Below are positions 49,642 through 58,974 of a stretch of 58,974 bases of DNA, in pieces. The position numbers and the translations under genes are program-made. The stretch is from Minisyncoccia bacterium (GTDB lineage: Bacteria > Patescibacteriota > Minisyncoccia > Phycocordibacterales > UBA9973), in the NCBI GenBank assembly GCA_038251535.1, contig JBBSBF010000003.1, positions 1 to 58,974 on the forward strand, written 5' to 3'. The notes under the pieces were generated by a model, which was not told where the DNA came from, made no database searches, and was given only the letters and a program-made list of their open reading frames with translations. Positions within the stretch are counted from its first letter, which is position 1; each line of letters starts with the position of its first letter.

Positions 49642-52600
49642 TTAATCTTGTTCTCGATTAGCGTCAGTATTGACAGAGAGAGCGCGACGATTTTTGAATC
49701 CTGTACCTGCTGGTATCAATCTACCAACCGTAACGTTTTCCTTCAATCCTCGGAGGTTATCAACTCCACCTTTCACTGCATTTGCGATAAGCACTCGGTT
49801 TGTGTTTTGGAATGATGCAGCGGAAATCCAACTCTTTGCGTTCAACGCAGTCTGCGTAATACCCAATATAATCAAGTCTCCTTTTGCTTCACGCAACCCT
49901 TGGGATTTCATGCTGCCGTTTTCTTCGAGTAGCTCAGTTACCTCAACAACTTCACCTGGAGAAAATGAGGTGTCTCCTGCGTCCTTGATTTTGCGTCGTG
50001 AGAACATTTGTCGAATGATTATTTCCAAATGCTTTCGAGCAATCGATGCACCTTGCAGTTCGTACACCTTACTGATTTCTCGGATGATGTAGTCTTCTGC
50101 GGCTTCTTTTCCTCCATACGTATAGACGTCACTGATGTTCGCAGATCCGTCGGTAAGCAACTCTCCCTTTACGACATTTTGACCTACCTTAACGATCGGT
50201 ACTCGTCGTGCGTTGACTACGTAATCAACTGATTCTTTTACGGTGTCAGATTTTTCAGATAGGACACTGATGATCTTTTCACCATCGTTATCTTTGATTT
50301 CAGAGACTGTACCAGAGTACTTTGCGACGACTGCAGGGTTTTTGATTGTTCGACATTCAAAGATTTCTTCGACACGAGGAAGTCCGGCAGTAATGTCGAT
50401 ACCAGCAAGTCCTCCCGCGTGGAAGGTACGCAAGGTCAACTGTGTACCCGGCTCGCCGATCGCTTGTGCAGCGACGATACCGACTGACTCACCTTTATCT
50501 ACCATATGATTTCGACCGAGATCGAGTCCGTAACATTGTCGACAAATACCGTAGACAGTCTTGCAGTTCATTGGTGTTCGGACAAATACTTCGGTCGCAC
50601 CCTTCTCTTCTATCATTGCTGCTTCATCTCGAGTAACCATGTGTCCACGCTTGAACAACTTTGTTCCATCAGGAAGTATTATTTCTTTGGCGAGCACTCT
50701 TCCTCGAATGTTTTTTGAGATTGGTATTTCGAATCCAGAGATAATCTCTTTTGCAACACGCTTCGATGACTTTGTGCCACAATCATCCTCAGTAATAATC
50801 ACGTCTTGTGCGACATCCACGAGACGGCGAGTGAGGTATCCAGCGCGCGCAGTGTTGAGTGCGGTGTCGGCGAGACCTTTACGACTACCGTGGGTAGTGA
50901 TGAAATACTCAAGTGGAGAGAGTCCTTCTTTGAACGAAGGAATAATCGGAAAGTCGATCGTGCGTCCAGTCGTGTTTTGAATCATACCTTTCATTCCGGC
51001 CATCTGTGTCACCTGTGACATACTTCCTCGAGCACCAGAGGTAACGAGATCGTACGTAGAACCATGCTTTTGGAGTGTTGCGGGCATCAACTTTTCGATC
51101 TCATCCTTTGCTTTGTTCCAGATTGAAATAATTTTCTGGTAACGCTCGTCTTCTGAAAGCAATCCTTCTTCGAATTGTACTTTTACTTCTTGTTCGAGCG
51201 CGCGGTATTTCTTGATAATGTCTTTTTTGCCTTCAGGTACAATGACATTATCGATAGCCCATGTCGTTCCTGATTTTGTCGCATACTTATATCCAAAGTT
51301 CTTTATCCGATCAAGGATTGCTGCGATTGGATCAACGCCGTATTTACTAATCAAGTTATCGATGACAACGATCATTTTTTTAGAAGTCATTTCCTCGTTC
51401 ATATAAGGGAAATCATTTGGAAGGATTGCATTGAAGAGCAATCGTCCGATCGTCGTTTCAAACGGCTTCTTGTCAAAAATCGCGTACTTTTCATTTTCTG
51501 TACCAAGTACATGGATAGTAGCTCGGTAGGAAACAACGCCAAGATCACTCGCCATAATCGCTTCGTTTGGACTAGAGAAATATTTCCCTTCTCCTATTTG
51601 TCCTTCTACAGAAGACGTCATCCAGTAACAACCCAAGACGATGTCCAACAGTTTAGACGATACGATCGAGTCACCATTTTGCGGTTTCAAGAGGTTTTTG
51701 TCTGCTGAGATGAGCGTTGCTGCTTCGGTTTGCGAAGTTTCAGAAAGTGGTAGATATACACCCATTTGGTCTCCGTCGAAGTCCGCGTTAAACGCAGGAC
51801 AAACGAGTGGATGAACCTGGATCGCATTTCCTTCGATCAAGACTGGCATAAACGCCTGAATACCGAGTCGGTGCAACGTTGGTGCACGGTTTAGAAGCAC
51901 GTACTTACCTTCAATCACCTCTTCGAGTATTGCCCAGACTTCTGGTATCCCGTCTTCGATGAGTTTGTTTGCGCCACGAATGTTGTATGCCAACTCTCGT
52001 GCGATGATTTTTGAAATAACAAACGGACGGAAAAGTTCAAGCGCCATATGTTTCGGCAATCCACATTGGTTAAGTTTCAACGTAGGACCAACGACGATCA
52101 CACTTCGTGCAGAGTAGTCAACGCGCTTTCCCAAAAGGTTTTGACGGAACAACCCTTGTTTTGATTTCAAGTTGTCTGAGAGGGATTTGAGCGCGCGGCG
52201 TTGTGCTTGACTCATTGCAGGACTATCTTGACCTGCGATTGAGTTATCGATCAATGCGTCAACTGCTTCTTGAAGAATACGCTTTTCGTTACGCAAAATA
52301 ACATCGGGGGCTCCAATTTCTTTCAACTTTTTGAGTCGGTTGTTGCGGTTGATGACACGTCGATAAAGATCATTGACGTCACTGGTTGCATGACGACCTC
52401 CTTCGAGTGCGACCATTGGTCGAATCGCTGGTGGGATCACTGGTATCACCGAGAGGAACATCCATTCAGGACGAATGCCTGCGTAGATCATACTTCGGAT
52501 GAGTGCGAGTCGCTTTTGCAATTTTTCACGCTCTGCAGCACCTGCCTTTTCGAGTAGTTTCAATGTCTGAGTTTTCAACTTTTCGAGATCAATGTCTTTA

Positions 52601-53265
52601 AACATCTGATAGATCGACTCTGCTCCGATGTTTGCCTCAAACGATGAGCCGTACTTAAGACTGAAGTGGTGATACGATAATTCGTTCAACACCTTACCCA
52701 CTCTGATTTCAGCGATTTCTTTTTTTGTATTTGCCAAAAGTGTTCGCAACTTTTCTCGAGTCTCTTCATCAACGGCGTTCTTTAACTTGTTTTTAAATTC
52801 TATTTCAAGATCGGCGATAACACGAGCTCGTTCGTCTTCGTGTACCATAGTAATAATGTATCCTGCAAAGTAGACGACTTTCTCGAGATCGGTAAGAGAC
52901 ACATTGAGTAAGATCGACATACGAGATGGCACTCCACGCAAAAACCAAATGTGTGCGACAGGACTCGCAAGCTCGATGTGTCCCATACGTTCACGTCGAA
53001 CGATAGACTGTGTGATCTCTACACCACATTTTTCACAAATGATACCAGCGTATCTAATGCGCTTGTACTTACCACAGTAACATTCGTAATCTTTTTCTGG
53101 TCCAAAAATCCGCTCATCAAAAAGCCCTCCACGTTCACTGCGGCTTGTTCGATAGTTAATCGTCTCTGGTTTCGTCACCTCTCCATATGACCATTCGCGA
53201 ATGCGATCGGGGCTGGCGAGTTTGAGTACGATTTGATCAAAGTTTGTTGTGTCTAGTGTTTTCAT
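49642..53265 (-). CDS. rpoC: DNA-directed RNA polymerase subunit beta'
   Basis: Zinc-binding CYCGKYKRIRYAGIICEKCGV and the catalytic NADFDGDQM motif. 1207 aa. Confidence 0.97.
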   Translation of the reverse strand: MKTLDTTNFDQIVLKLASPDRIREWSYGEVTKPETINYRTSRSERGGLFDERIFGPEKDYECYCGKYKRIRYAGIICEKCGVEITQSIVRRERMGHIELASPVAHIWFLRGVPSRMSILLNVSLTDLEKVVYFAGYIITMVHEDERARVIADLEIEFKNKLKNAVDEETREKLRTLLANTKKEIAEIRVGKVLNELSYHHFSLKYGSSFEANIGAESIYQMFKDIDLEKLKTQTLKLLEKAGAAEREKLQKRLALIRSMIYAGIRPEWMFLSVIPVIPPAIRPMVALEGGRHATSDVNDLYRRVINRNNRLKKLKEIGAPDVILRNEKRILQEAVDALIDNSIAGQDSPAMSQAQRRALKSLSDNLKSKQGLFRQNLLGKRVDYSARSVIVVGPTLKLNQCGLPKHMALELFRPFVISKIIARELAYNIRGANKLIEDGIPEVWAILEEVIEGKYVLLNRAPTLHRLGIQAFMPVLIEGNAIQVHPLVCPAFNADFDGDQMGVYLPLSETSQTEAATLISADKNLLKPQNGDSIVSSKLLDIVLGCYWMTSSVEGQIGEGKYFSSPNEAIMASDLGVVSYRATIHVLGTENEKYAIFDKKPFETTIGRLLFNAILPNDFPYMNEEMTSKKMIVVIDNLISKYGVDPIAAILDRIKNFGYKYATKSGTTWAIDNVIVPEGKKDIIKKYRALEQEVKVQFEEGLLSEDERYQKIISIWNKAKDEIEKLMPATLQKHGSTYDLVTSGARGSMSQVTQMAGMKGMIQNTTGRTIDFPIIPSFKEGLSPLEYFITTHGSRKGLADTALNTARAGYLTRRLVDVAQDVIITEDDCGTKSSKRVAKEIISGFEIPISKNIRGRVLAKEIILPDGTKLFKRGHMVTRDEAAMIEEKGATEVFVRTPMNCKTVYGICRQCYGLDLGRNHMVDKGESVGIVAAQAIGEPGTQLTLRTFHAGGLAGIDITAGLPRVEEIFECRTIKNPAVVAKYSGTVSEIKDNDGEKIISVLSEKSDTVKESVDYVVNARRVPIVKVGQNVVKGELLTDGSANISDVYTYGGKEAAEDYIIREISKVYELQGASIARKHLEIIIRQMFSRRKIKDAGDTSFSPGEVVEVTELLEENGSMKSQGLREAKGDLIILGITQTALNAKSWISAASFQNTNRVLIANAVKGGVDNLRGLKENVTVGRLIPAGTGFKNRRALSVNTDANREQD

Positions 53266-53279
53266 AGTGGTTGTATAGA

Positions 53280-56200
53280 TTAAGCTTCTTGATCAGCTGC
53301 TGGTAATGATTTTGAATGCGAATCAACCCTCGTGAGCTCCACATCGAGTGCGAGACCGCGGAGATAGTTCAACATCACCATAAACGATGCTGGAGTATTT
53401 GGTTCACGTATTGGTTCGCCTTTAATGATCGAGTCAAACGTTGCTGCACGTCCTCGGATGTCGTCAGACTTAATCGTCAACATCTCACGCAAAATATGTG
53501 AGGCACCGTATCCTTCGAGCGCCCAGACCTCCATTTCTCCAAATCGCTGTCCACCTCCTTGTGCCTTTCCACCAAGCGGTTGCTGGGTGATGAGCGAATA
53601 TGGACCGATACTACGCATGTGAATCTTGTCTTCTACCATGTGGTGCAATTTCAATATGTACATATACCCAACGGCGATGTCTTGTTCATATTTTTCTCCC
53701 GTTCGTCCATCAAAAAGAGGCACAGTCCCAGTTTCAGGAAATCCTGCTGCCTTTAGTTCTTGTTTTATTTCAGTATCAGTTGCTCCGGAAAATGGAGGAA
53801 CGATCGCTTGATAGCCAAGCTCGTGTGCGGCCATACCCAAATGAAGTTCAAGGATCTGCCCGAGGTTCATACGAGAAGGCACACCGAGAGGAGTCAACAC
53901 AACATCAACGGGAGTACCATCTGCCATGTACGGCATGTCTTCTTCGGGAAGCACAACAGAAATAACTCCCTTGTTTCCATGTCGTCCTGCGAGCTTATCT
54001 CCAACAGAAATGTTTCGAAGTTGTGCAATCTCAATAATAATTTTCTTTATCACACCTGATTCGAGCGAATGTCCTTGTTCGCGTGAGAAGACCTTTACCC
54101 GGATAACTCGTCCGCGCTTTCCGTGATCCATCTTTAGTGACGTGTCTTTGACGTCACGTGCCTTTTCAGCAAAGATCGAACGCAAGAGTCGCTCTTCGGG
54201 GGTAAGCTCTGTCTCGCCCTTTGGAGTGATTTTACCAACGAGAATATCTCCTTCTTTGACCTCAGCGCCAACGCGGATGATACCTTCTTCGTCGAGATCT
54301 TTGAGTCGAGCTTCTCCAACGTTTGGAATATCACGAGTCGTAATCTCGGGGCCAAGTTTTGTGTCACGAACTACAGAAATAAACTCTGCGATATACATCG
54401 AAGTAAATTTTGAATCCTTGATCAATCGTTCAGAGAGAATAATCGCGTCTTCAAAGTTTGCACCGTTCCATGACATAAATGCAACGCGCATGTTTTGACC
54501 AATCGCAATCTGTCCGTTGTCAGTCGTTGACATGTCGGCGAGCAGATCATTCTTTTTTATCTTTTGACCAACTGATACGACAGGACGTTGGTGGAAGGCG
54601 TTGAAACTGTTTGTACGCTGAAAATTGACGAGTTTGTACGTACGGTCTTTGTTCGTCTTGTCACTCTTGATGACTATTTTAGTTGCGTCCACTGCAGTGA
54701 TTACTCCTGCCTCTTCAGCAATGATCAGTCTACCTGAGTATGGTGCAGCGAGACCTTCCATACCTGTCGCAACCAATGGTGCTTCGGGACGGATCACTGG
54801 AACTGCTTGTTTTTGCATGTTACTACCCATCAATGCACGGTTTGCATCGTTGTGTTCGAGGAACGGAACCATACTCGTCGCTACAGAAAATGCCTGGTTT
54901 GGCGCAACGTCAATAAAATCAACTTCGGCCTTTGGAACGATACCAGGACTTGTTTTGATACGAGCTTCAACGTTTTCAGGTAGAGTTCCTTTTTCATCGA
55001 GTCGCATACCCGCATGCGCGATGGTGTACTTTTCTTCTTCGGCAGCATTTAGATAGACAACCTCGTTGGTGATTTTGCCATGCTTTACTTTGACATACGG
55101 TGTCTCGATGATACCAAATTCATTGATGTGTGCGTATATAGCGAGACGCAATATAAGTCCAATGTTTGGTCCTTCTGGAGTATGAATCGGACAAACACGA
55201 CCGTAGTGACTCGTGTGTACATCACGTACTTCAAGTGTTGCACGTTCTCGTGTCAATCCTCCAGGACCAAGCGCACTGACCGTACGCAACTCTTCGATCT
55301 CAGCCAAGACATTGTCTTGTTGCATGAACTGCGAGAGCTGGTTGGTCGTAAAGAACTCTTTGATACGAGCTTGCAATGGACGTTGGTTGACCACCTGTAT
55401 CGGGAGTGCATTTGCCGCGTCGATAGTCGACATACGGTCTTGGACATTACGTTTGATCTGAGTAAATCCCATGTAGATTTTTGCTTGGAGCATTTCACCA
55501 ACAAACCGCACTCGTCGTGAGCTTAGGTTGTCGATATCATCCGCATGACTTCCTGGAGTCGTGTTGAGCGCAATGATGTTTTCCACGATAACGGCGAGAT
55601 CTGCAGCAGAAAGTGTCTTTCTGTTCATTTCAGCATCGCTCATGTCGAGCTCAAATCGCTTGTTAAATCGAAATCGTCCAACCGCAGAAAGGTCATACCG
55701 TTCTTCTCCAAACAATGTTTTGACGAAATCTCTGGCGTTGTCAGCATTTGCCAGATCTCCATCACGCAATTTACGATATATCTCAACGTATGCATCTGAC
55801 TGCGTCTTTACGAGATCTTTTTCAATCGCTGCTTCGACGATGGCACGTGAAGTGTCGTTGGTGAACTGTTTCTTAATCAACTCATCAGTGGTGAGTCCGA
55901 GTGCACGTAAGAGCGTGATGACAGAAAACTTACGTTTTTTGTCGATACGAACAAATACTTCTCCCGATGGATCACTTTCGATCTCGATCCATACTCCACG
56001 GTTTGGGATGATCTTTGCACCAAAAAACCGCTTGCCTTTAATTTCAAGCTCAGTAAAGAATACACCACTCGAACGAGAGAGCTGTGGAATGATAGATCGC
56101 TCAACACCGTTGATGATAAAGGTGCCGTGATCAGTCATGACTGGTATATCAGAGAGAAATATTTCTTGCTCTTTTTCACTGCCTGTCTGTTTGTTGGTTA

Positions 56201-56513
56201 GTTTGATACGCGCTTTGAGTTGTGTTTCCAGTGAAAGTTTGTTTTCTTTTGCGTAGTGCTCGTCGTGCGTTGGAGGAACGAGATGAAAGGAAACGAGGTC
56301 GAGTTGAAATTTCTTCCCAGAATAGTCTTGGATTGGAGTAAATTCTTTGAAAACTTCCTTGATCCCCTTTTCGATCAATGTGTTGAACGAGTCGATTTGA
56401 TGTTGAATAAGGTTTGGAAATTCAACGAGTGGTTCCTTGTACTTTGAAAAATATTTTTTTGGACGTGCTCCGGTGGTGACGAGGGCACCTGAAGGGGTTG
56501 TAGTTTTACTCAT
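53280..56513 (-). CDS. rpoB: DNA-directed RNA polymerase subunit beta
   Basis: Conserved beta-subunit blocks (GRHGNKGVIS, MEVWALEGYGA). 1077 aa. Confidence 0.97.
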   Translation of the reverse strand: MSKTTTPSGALVTTGARPKKYFSKYKEPLVEFPNLIQHQIDSFNTLIEKGIKEVFKEFTPIQDYSGKKFQLDLVSFHLVPPTHDEHYAKENKLSLETQLKARIKLTNKQTGSEKEQEIFLSDIPVMTDHGTFIINGVERSIIPQLSRSSGVFFTELEIKGKRFFGAKIIPNRGVWIEIESDPSGEVFVRIDKKRKFSVITLLRALGLTTDELIKKQFTNDTSRAIVEAAIEKDLVKTQSDAYVEIYRKLRDGDLANADNARDFVKTLFGEERYDLSAVGRFRFNKRFELDMSDAEMNRKTLSAADLAVIVENIIALNTTPGSHADDIDNLSSRRVRFVGEMLQAKIYMGFTQIKRNVQDRMSTIDAANALPIQVVNQRPLQARIKEFFTTNQLSQFMQQDNVLAEIEELRTVSALGPGGLTRERATLEVRDVHTSHYGRVCPIHTPEGPNIGLILRLAIYAHINEFGIIETPYVKVKHGKITNEVVYLNAAEEEKYTIAHAGMRLDEKGTLPENVEARIKTSPGIVPKAEVDFIDVAPNQAFSVATSMVPFLEHNDANRALMGSNMQKQAVPVIRPEAPLVATGMEGLAAPYSGRLIIAEEAGVITAVDATKIVIKSDKTNKDRTYKLVNFQRTNSFNAFHQRPVVSVGQKIKKNDLLADMSTTDNGQIAIGQNMRVAFMSWNGANFEDAIILSERLIKDSKFTSMYIAEFISVVRDTKLGPEITTRDIPNVGEARLKDLDEEGIIRVGAEVKEGDILVGKITPKGETELTPEERLLRSIFAEKARDVKDTSLKMDHGKRGRVIRVKVFSREQGHSLESGVIKKIIIEIAQLRNISVGDKLAGRHGNKGVISVVLPEEDMPYMADGTPVDVVLTPLGVPSRMNLGQILELHLGMAAHELGYQAIVPPFSGATDTEIKQELKAAGFPETGTVPLFDGRTGEKYEQDIAVGYMYILKLHHMVEDKIHMRSIGPYSLITQQPLGGKAQGGGQRFGEMEVWALEGYGASHILREMLTIKSDDIRGRAATFDSIIKGEPIREPNTPASFMVMLNYLRGLALDVELTRVDSHSKSLPAADQEA

Positions 56514-56625
56514 AATTTTTTATATAAACGCAAAAATGCCGGCCCGGGTAAAGGGTGGCTGATTAAATCTCGTAATAAATAAAACAGGAGAAGGAATAAC
56601 TCTGCCGGAAAACTGTAGGAATCTC

Positions 56626-56654
56626 AGTCTACTCGATGTGGCATAAATTGTCAA
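56626..56654 (-). promoter_or_regulatory. promoter TTGACA-N17-TAGACT (rpoB, about 105-nt leader)
   Basis: Read on the minus strand downstream of the 56698-56722 terminator. Confidence 0.55.
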
Positions 56655-56697
56655 CCTTTCGCCATACTCAAGGTAAACGCTTTGGAAAGCCAGCAAC

Positions 56698-56722
56698 AAA
56701 AAAGCCCCTCGTTTCCGAGGGG
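56698..56722 (-). terminator. intrinsic terminator (gene 56765-56983)
   Basis: 7-bp stem CCCCTCG/CGAGGGG followed by T6 on the minus strand. Confidence 0.7.
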
Positions 56723-56764
56723 ACATTTATACTAAATATACTAAACAATTAATCCTAAAAGATT

Positions 56765-56983
56765 TTATAGAAGTTCTAGATCTTTTAATGTGAAACCGCC
56801 TGGAAATGTTGAACTAGAATCAACTAGATTACCTTCGTTCGTGATTTCTGAAGTACCTAATTCTTGCTCATTTCCTGTAGTTGGTTTAGTTTGTCTCCTA
56901 TGCTTCTTTTCATCTTTTGACTTCTTTGAGCGAAGTCTTTTTTCGGTCCTTGTTATATTTAAAGTTTTTCTCATTACTGACAA
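56765..56983 (-). CDS. hypothetical basic small protein
   Basis: 72-aa Lys/Arg-rich ORF between trmD and the rpoB promoter. Followed by a 7-bp GC-stem terminator (56698-56722). Not similar to L19. Confidence 0.45.
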   Translation of the reverse strand: MSVMRKTLNITRTEKRLRSKKSKDEKKHRRQTKPTTGNEQELGTSEITNEGNLVDSSSTFPGGFTLKDLELL

Positions 56984-57034
56984 ATTTATGTTTAAAATAT
57001 ATTAGCACGTATATAAATATATGTCAATAGCTCC

Positions 57035-57703
57035 TTATTTCTTCTGTTTTTGACGCCATTCTTCGATCTTTTTGTGATCACCTTCGGTCAATACTTTGGG
57101 GACTTTGTATTTTTTAGCCTTATATATAATGGTTTCCGGTCGAGTATATACTCGAGGGCTTGCAATACGGCTTTCTTCGACTGATTCACCTTTGCCCAGT
57201 ACTCCAGAGATTTGTCGAGCGATCGCATCGGTCATGATGAGTGCTGGGAGCTCCCCACCAGTGACCGTATAGTCTCCTACTGAATACTCGTCTGCTTTGA
57301 GGATTTTGCGCACTCGATCATCCACTCCTTCGTATCTCCCACATATAAAGACGATATCTGAATACTGTTTTGCAAACTTTGCAGCTACTACGTTTGTAAA
57401 CATTTTGCCCGATGGAGAAAGCATGATTACCTTTACATTCTTTTTTTTGTGCAAAGTTCGACTTTGCACACGCGGAAGATTTAGGTGAGCATATGCCCGT
57501 AAGATAGGTTCTGCTGTCATCACCATTCCAGGTCCTCCCCCATATGGACGTTCATCGGTTTTGTGATGCCTATCTTTGCTAAACACACGAATATTTTTGA
57601 CATCAAAACTCACGAGCTTTTTTTCAGCCGCACGCTTCAATATAGACTCCTGTACGTAGCCTTCGATCATTTCGGGAAATATGGTGAGGAAGTGGAATTT
57701 CAT
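57035..57703 (-). CDS. trmD: tRNA (guanine37-N1)-methyltransferase
   Basis: FHFLTIFPEM N-terminus, DERPYGGGPGMVM and VTGGELPALIMTDA motifs. 222 aa. Confidence 0.93.
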   Translation of the reverse strand: MKFHFLTIFPEMIEGYVQESILKRAAEKKLVSFDVKNIRVFSKDRHHKTDERPYGGGPGMVMTAEPILRAYAHLNLPRVQSRTLHKKKNVKVIMLSPSGKMFTNVVAAKFAKQYSDIVFICGRYEGVDDRVRKILKADEYSVGDYTVTGGELPALIMTDAIARQISGVLGKGESVEESRIASPRVYTRPETIIYKAKKYKVPKVLTEGDHKKIEEWRQKQKK

Positions 57704-58015
57704 TTACAAATCCTTCAAATCAGCCATTGCGTCATCAAGGTTGGCAACGTCTGGTTGCTTTTGATAGCCTTCGGGCTCGTTGATTTTGAGGTTTACCCGT
57801 GCATTATTTTTCATCCCGACGACACGGAGTAAGGTGCGGATTGCCTTTGCAGTGTTACCACTTCTCCCTATGATCTTACCCATATCAGCCTGGTTTACCG
57901 AAAGCGTTAACAACACACCCATCTCATCAACACTACGATCGATACCAACATCCTCTGGTTTTTCTACCAATGCTTTCACTACTATTTCTAGAAATTCTTT
58001 GTCAGACATATTCAT
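57704..58015 (-). CDS. KH-domain RNA-binding protein (YlqC/UPF0109 family)
   Basis: MGKIIGRSGNTAKAIRTLLRVV (GxxG KH core). Abuts the trmD start. About 25 aa of acidic C-terminal extension. Confidence 0.8.
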   Translation of the reverse strand: MNMSDKEFLEIVVKALVEKPEDVGIDRSVDEMGVLLTLSVNQADMGKIIGRSGNTAKAIRTLLRVVGMKNNARVNLKINEPEGYQKQPDVANLDDAMADLKDL

Positions 58016-58048
58016 ACTATTCAGAAATTTACCTAATATTACCTACCC

Positions 58049-58570
58049 TTATCGAACAGTCGGGTCTCCTCCTGTCTCGTCTATTGTTATCGTGTTGATT
58101 GATTCGTTGGTCTTTGGACCTGAGATAGTCCCATCTCCGCCCAGGATTGCCTGATCTTCTTGAAATTTCTTGAGCGCAAGTTTCGTTTGAGTCAAAAAGT
58201 TACCTGTTGGATTTGCCGTGAGATACCCTTTGGCAATCAAAAATATCTGTAGTCGCTTAACATCTGCATTCGCACTCTCGCCATATCTCACTGATCGCAC
58301 CATCACTGGCTTCCCTTTTTGAGAATCACGCAAATCGCGAAGTATGAGTATTTTGTTTCCTTGCGAAAGGATGACCGTTGGGTTTTGTTGCTCTGTACTT
58401 ACGAGTGTGCCCGAACCGGTTTGAGCTGATGCGCCCAAGACAGCCTGACTATCGACGGCAAAATAGCCTATTTCGTTGACAACCTGATCGAGATCCATTG
58501 CAAACGTCGTATGAACTGAGATAGTACCAAAAAGAGCGATAGTGCCGAGCATCAAGAGTAGATTTCTCAT
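58049..58570 (-). CDS. secreted protein with peptidoglycan-binding domain
   Basis: Signal peptide MRNLLLMLGTIALFGTISVHTTFA and a PG_binding_1-like repeat VKRLQIFLIAKGYLTANPTGNFLTQTKLALKKFQ. Confidence 0.65.
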   Translation of the reverse strand: MRNLLLMLGTIALFGTISVHTTFAMDLDQVVNEIGYFAVDSQAVLGASAQTGSGTLVSTEQQNPTVILSQGNKILILRDLRDSQKGKPVMVRSVRYGESANADVKRLQIFLIAKGYLTANPTGNFLTQTKLALKKFQEDQAILGGDGTISGPKTNESINTITIDETGGDPTVR

Positions 58571-58640
58571 AATATATCCTCAAATAACACATTTAGTAAT
58601 GCATATATTCTACACTATATAGAGCATTTATTCAATGAAG

Positions 58641-58943
58641 CTATTTTTTGAGTAATTTTCGTTTGACAGTTGGAGATTTCTTTGACAAGACATTTTTCTT
58701 TTTGCCTTCGATGATACCCTGTCGTACAAGCATATTGTGAGCAGTAGGAGAAACTTGAGCCCCGTTTTTGATCCAGTGCAAGATACGATCTGCGTTAAAC
58801 TGCACAACATCACTCTTTACGGTGTGGGAGCCGAGTATTTCGAGAAATTTGCCGCTCTGTGCAGCATTTTTGCTGTCAGTCACCACCAAACGAAATGCTG
58901 GCTCATTTTTGCGACCGATACGTTGTAGTCTTACTTTTAACAT
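58641..58943 (-). CDS. rpsP: 30S ribosomal protein S16
   Basis: MLKVRLQRIGRKNEPAFRLVV N-terminus. 100 aa. Confidence 0.93.
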   Translation of the reverse strand: MLKVRLQRIGRKNEPAFRLVVTDSKNAAQSGKFLEILGSHTVKSDVVQFNADRILHWIKNGAQVSPTAHNMLVRQGIIEGKKKNVLSKKSPTVKRKLLKK

Positions 58944-58974
58944 GAGATTGGATAATAGCAGACAAGGTAATCGC

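Noticed and set aside
55561-56130. 189-aa plus-strand ORF, and other long antisense ORFs in rpoB, rpoC, lepA, uvrA and valS (for example 14672-15085, 27785-28255, 8286-8666, 50561-50980)
   Set aside because: All are embedded antisense in highly conserved genes, and their translations are Ser/Arg/Cys-rich junk.
56520-56726. 68-aa minus-strand ORF upstream of rpoB
   Set aside because: It spans the terminator, the rpoB promoter and the leader. The predicted TSS lies inside it, so it cannot be translated as annotated.
1-58974. CRISPR arrays, IS elements, prophage, rRNA operon, alternative genetic code
   Set aside because: There are no regularly spaced direct repeats, no transposase, integrase or capsid-like ORFs and no rRNA-like sequence. 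Long uninterrupted ORFs under the standard code argue against TGA recoding.

Overview
This is a 58,974-bp, moderately AT-rich bacterial chromosome segment. It is almost fully coding and mostly transcribed on the minus strand. The core content is housekeeping. It includes gmk, tsaD, valS, lepA, murJ, leuS and ddl; a tight DNA-repair neighbourhood (uvrC, nth, uvrA, uvrB); tgt, mreB-mreC, proS and rpsB-tsf; a GT2 exopolysaccharide-synthase module; and a transcription block rpsP-KH-trmD / rpoB-rpoC-dnaG-rpoD. There are three tRNAs: Phe-GAA, Arg-CCU and Thr-UGU. I saw no rRNA, CRISPR array, transposase, integrase or phage structural genes. Several enzymes are shortened (ValRS, LeuRS, ProRS, UvrC, a cysteine-free Nth). 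There are many tiny AT-rich membrane orphans and essentially no Shine-Dalgarno motifs. This style fits a reduced-genome bacterium such as a CPR/Patescibacteria member, but that is inference only. Promoters are unusually readable as TTGACA-N16/17-TAnnnT or TGnTATACT. The most interesting signals are: (1) at the left end (40-4646), an array of same-strand orphan genes, each with its own promoter and terminator, separated by a conserved intergenic repeat family (core ATTCCYTTATMTYCCCCACTATC..GTTC), with one copy interrupted by a 65-bp insert; (2) a recurrent -10 box exactly 6 nt upstream of start codons, implying pervasive leaderless mRNAs, contrasted with a few long structured leaders (rpsB, rpoB, uvrA, hsp20); (3) a family of short GC-rich hairpin elements in AT-rich spacers; (4) nested tRNA 3'-end fragments beside tRNA-Arg; (5) unusual clustering of uvrC-nth-uvrA-uvrB around orphan genes, and of rpoB-rpoC-dnaG-rpoD. 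All functional calls rest on motif recognition by eye. No database search was run.
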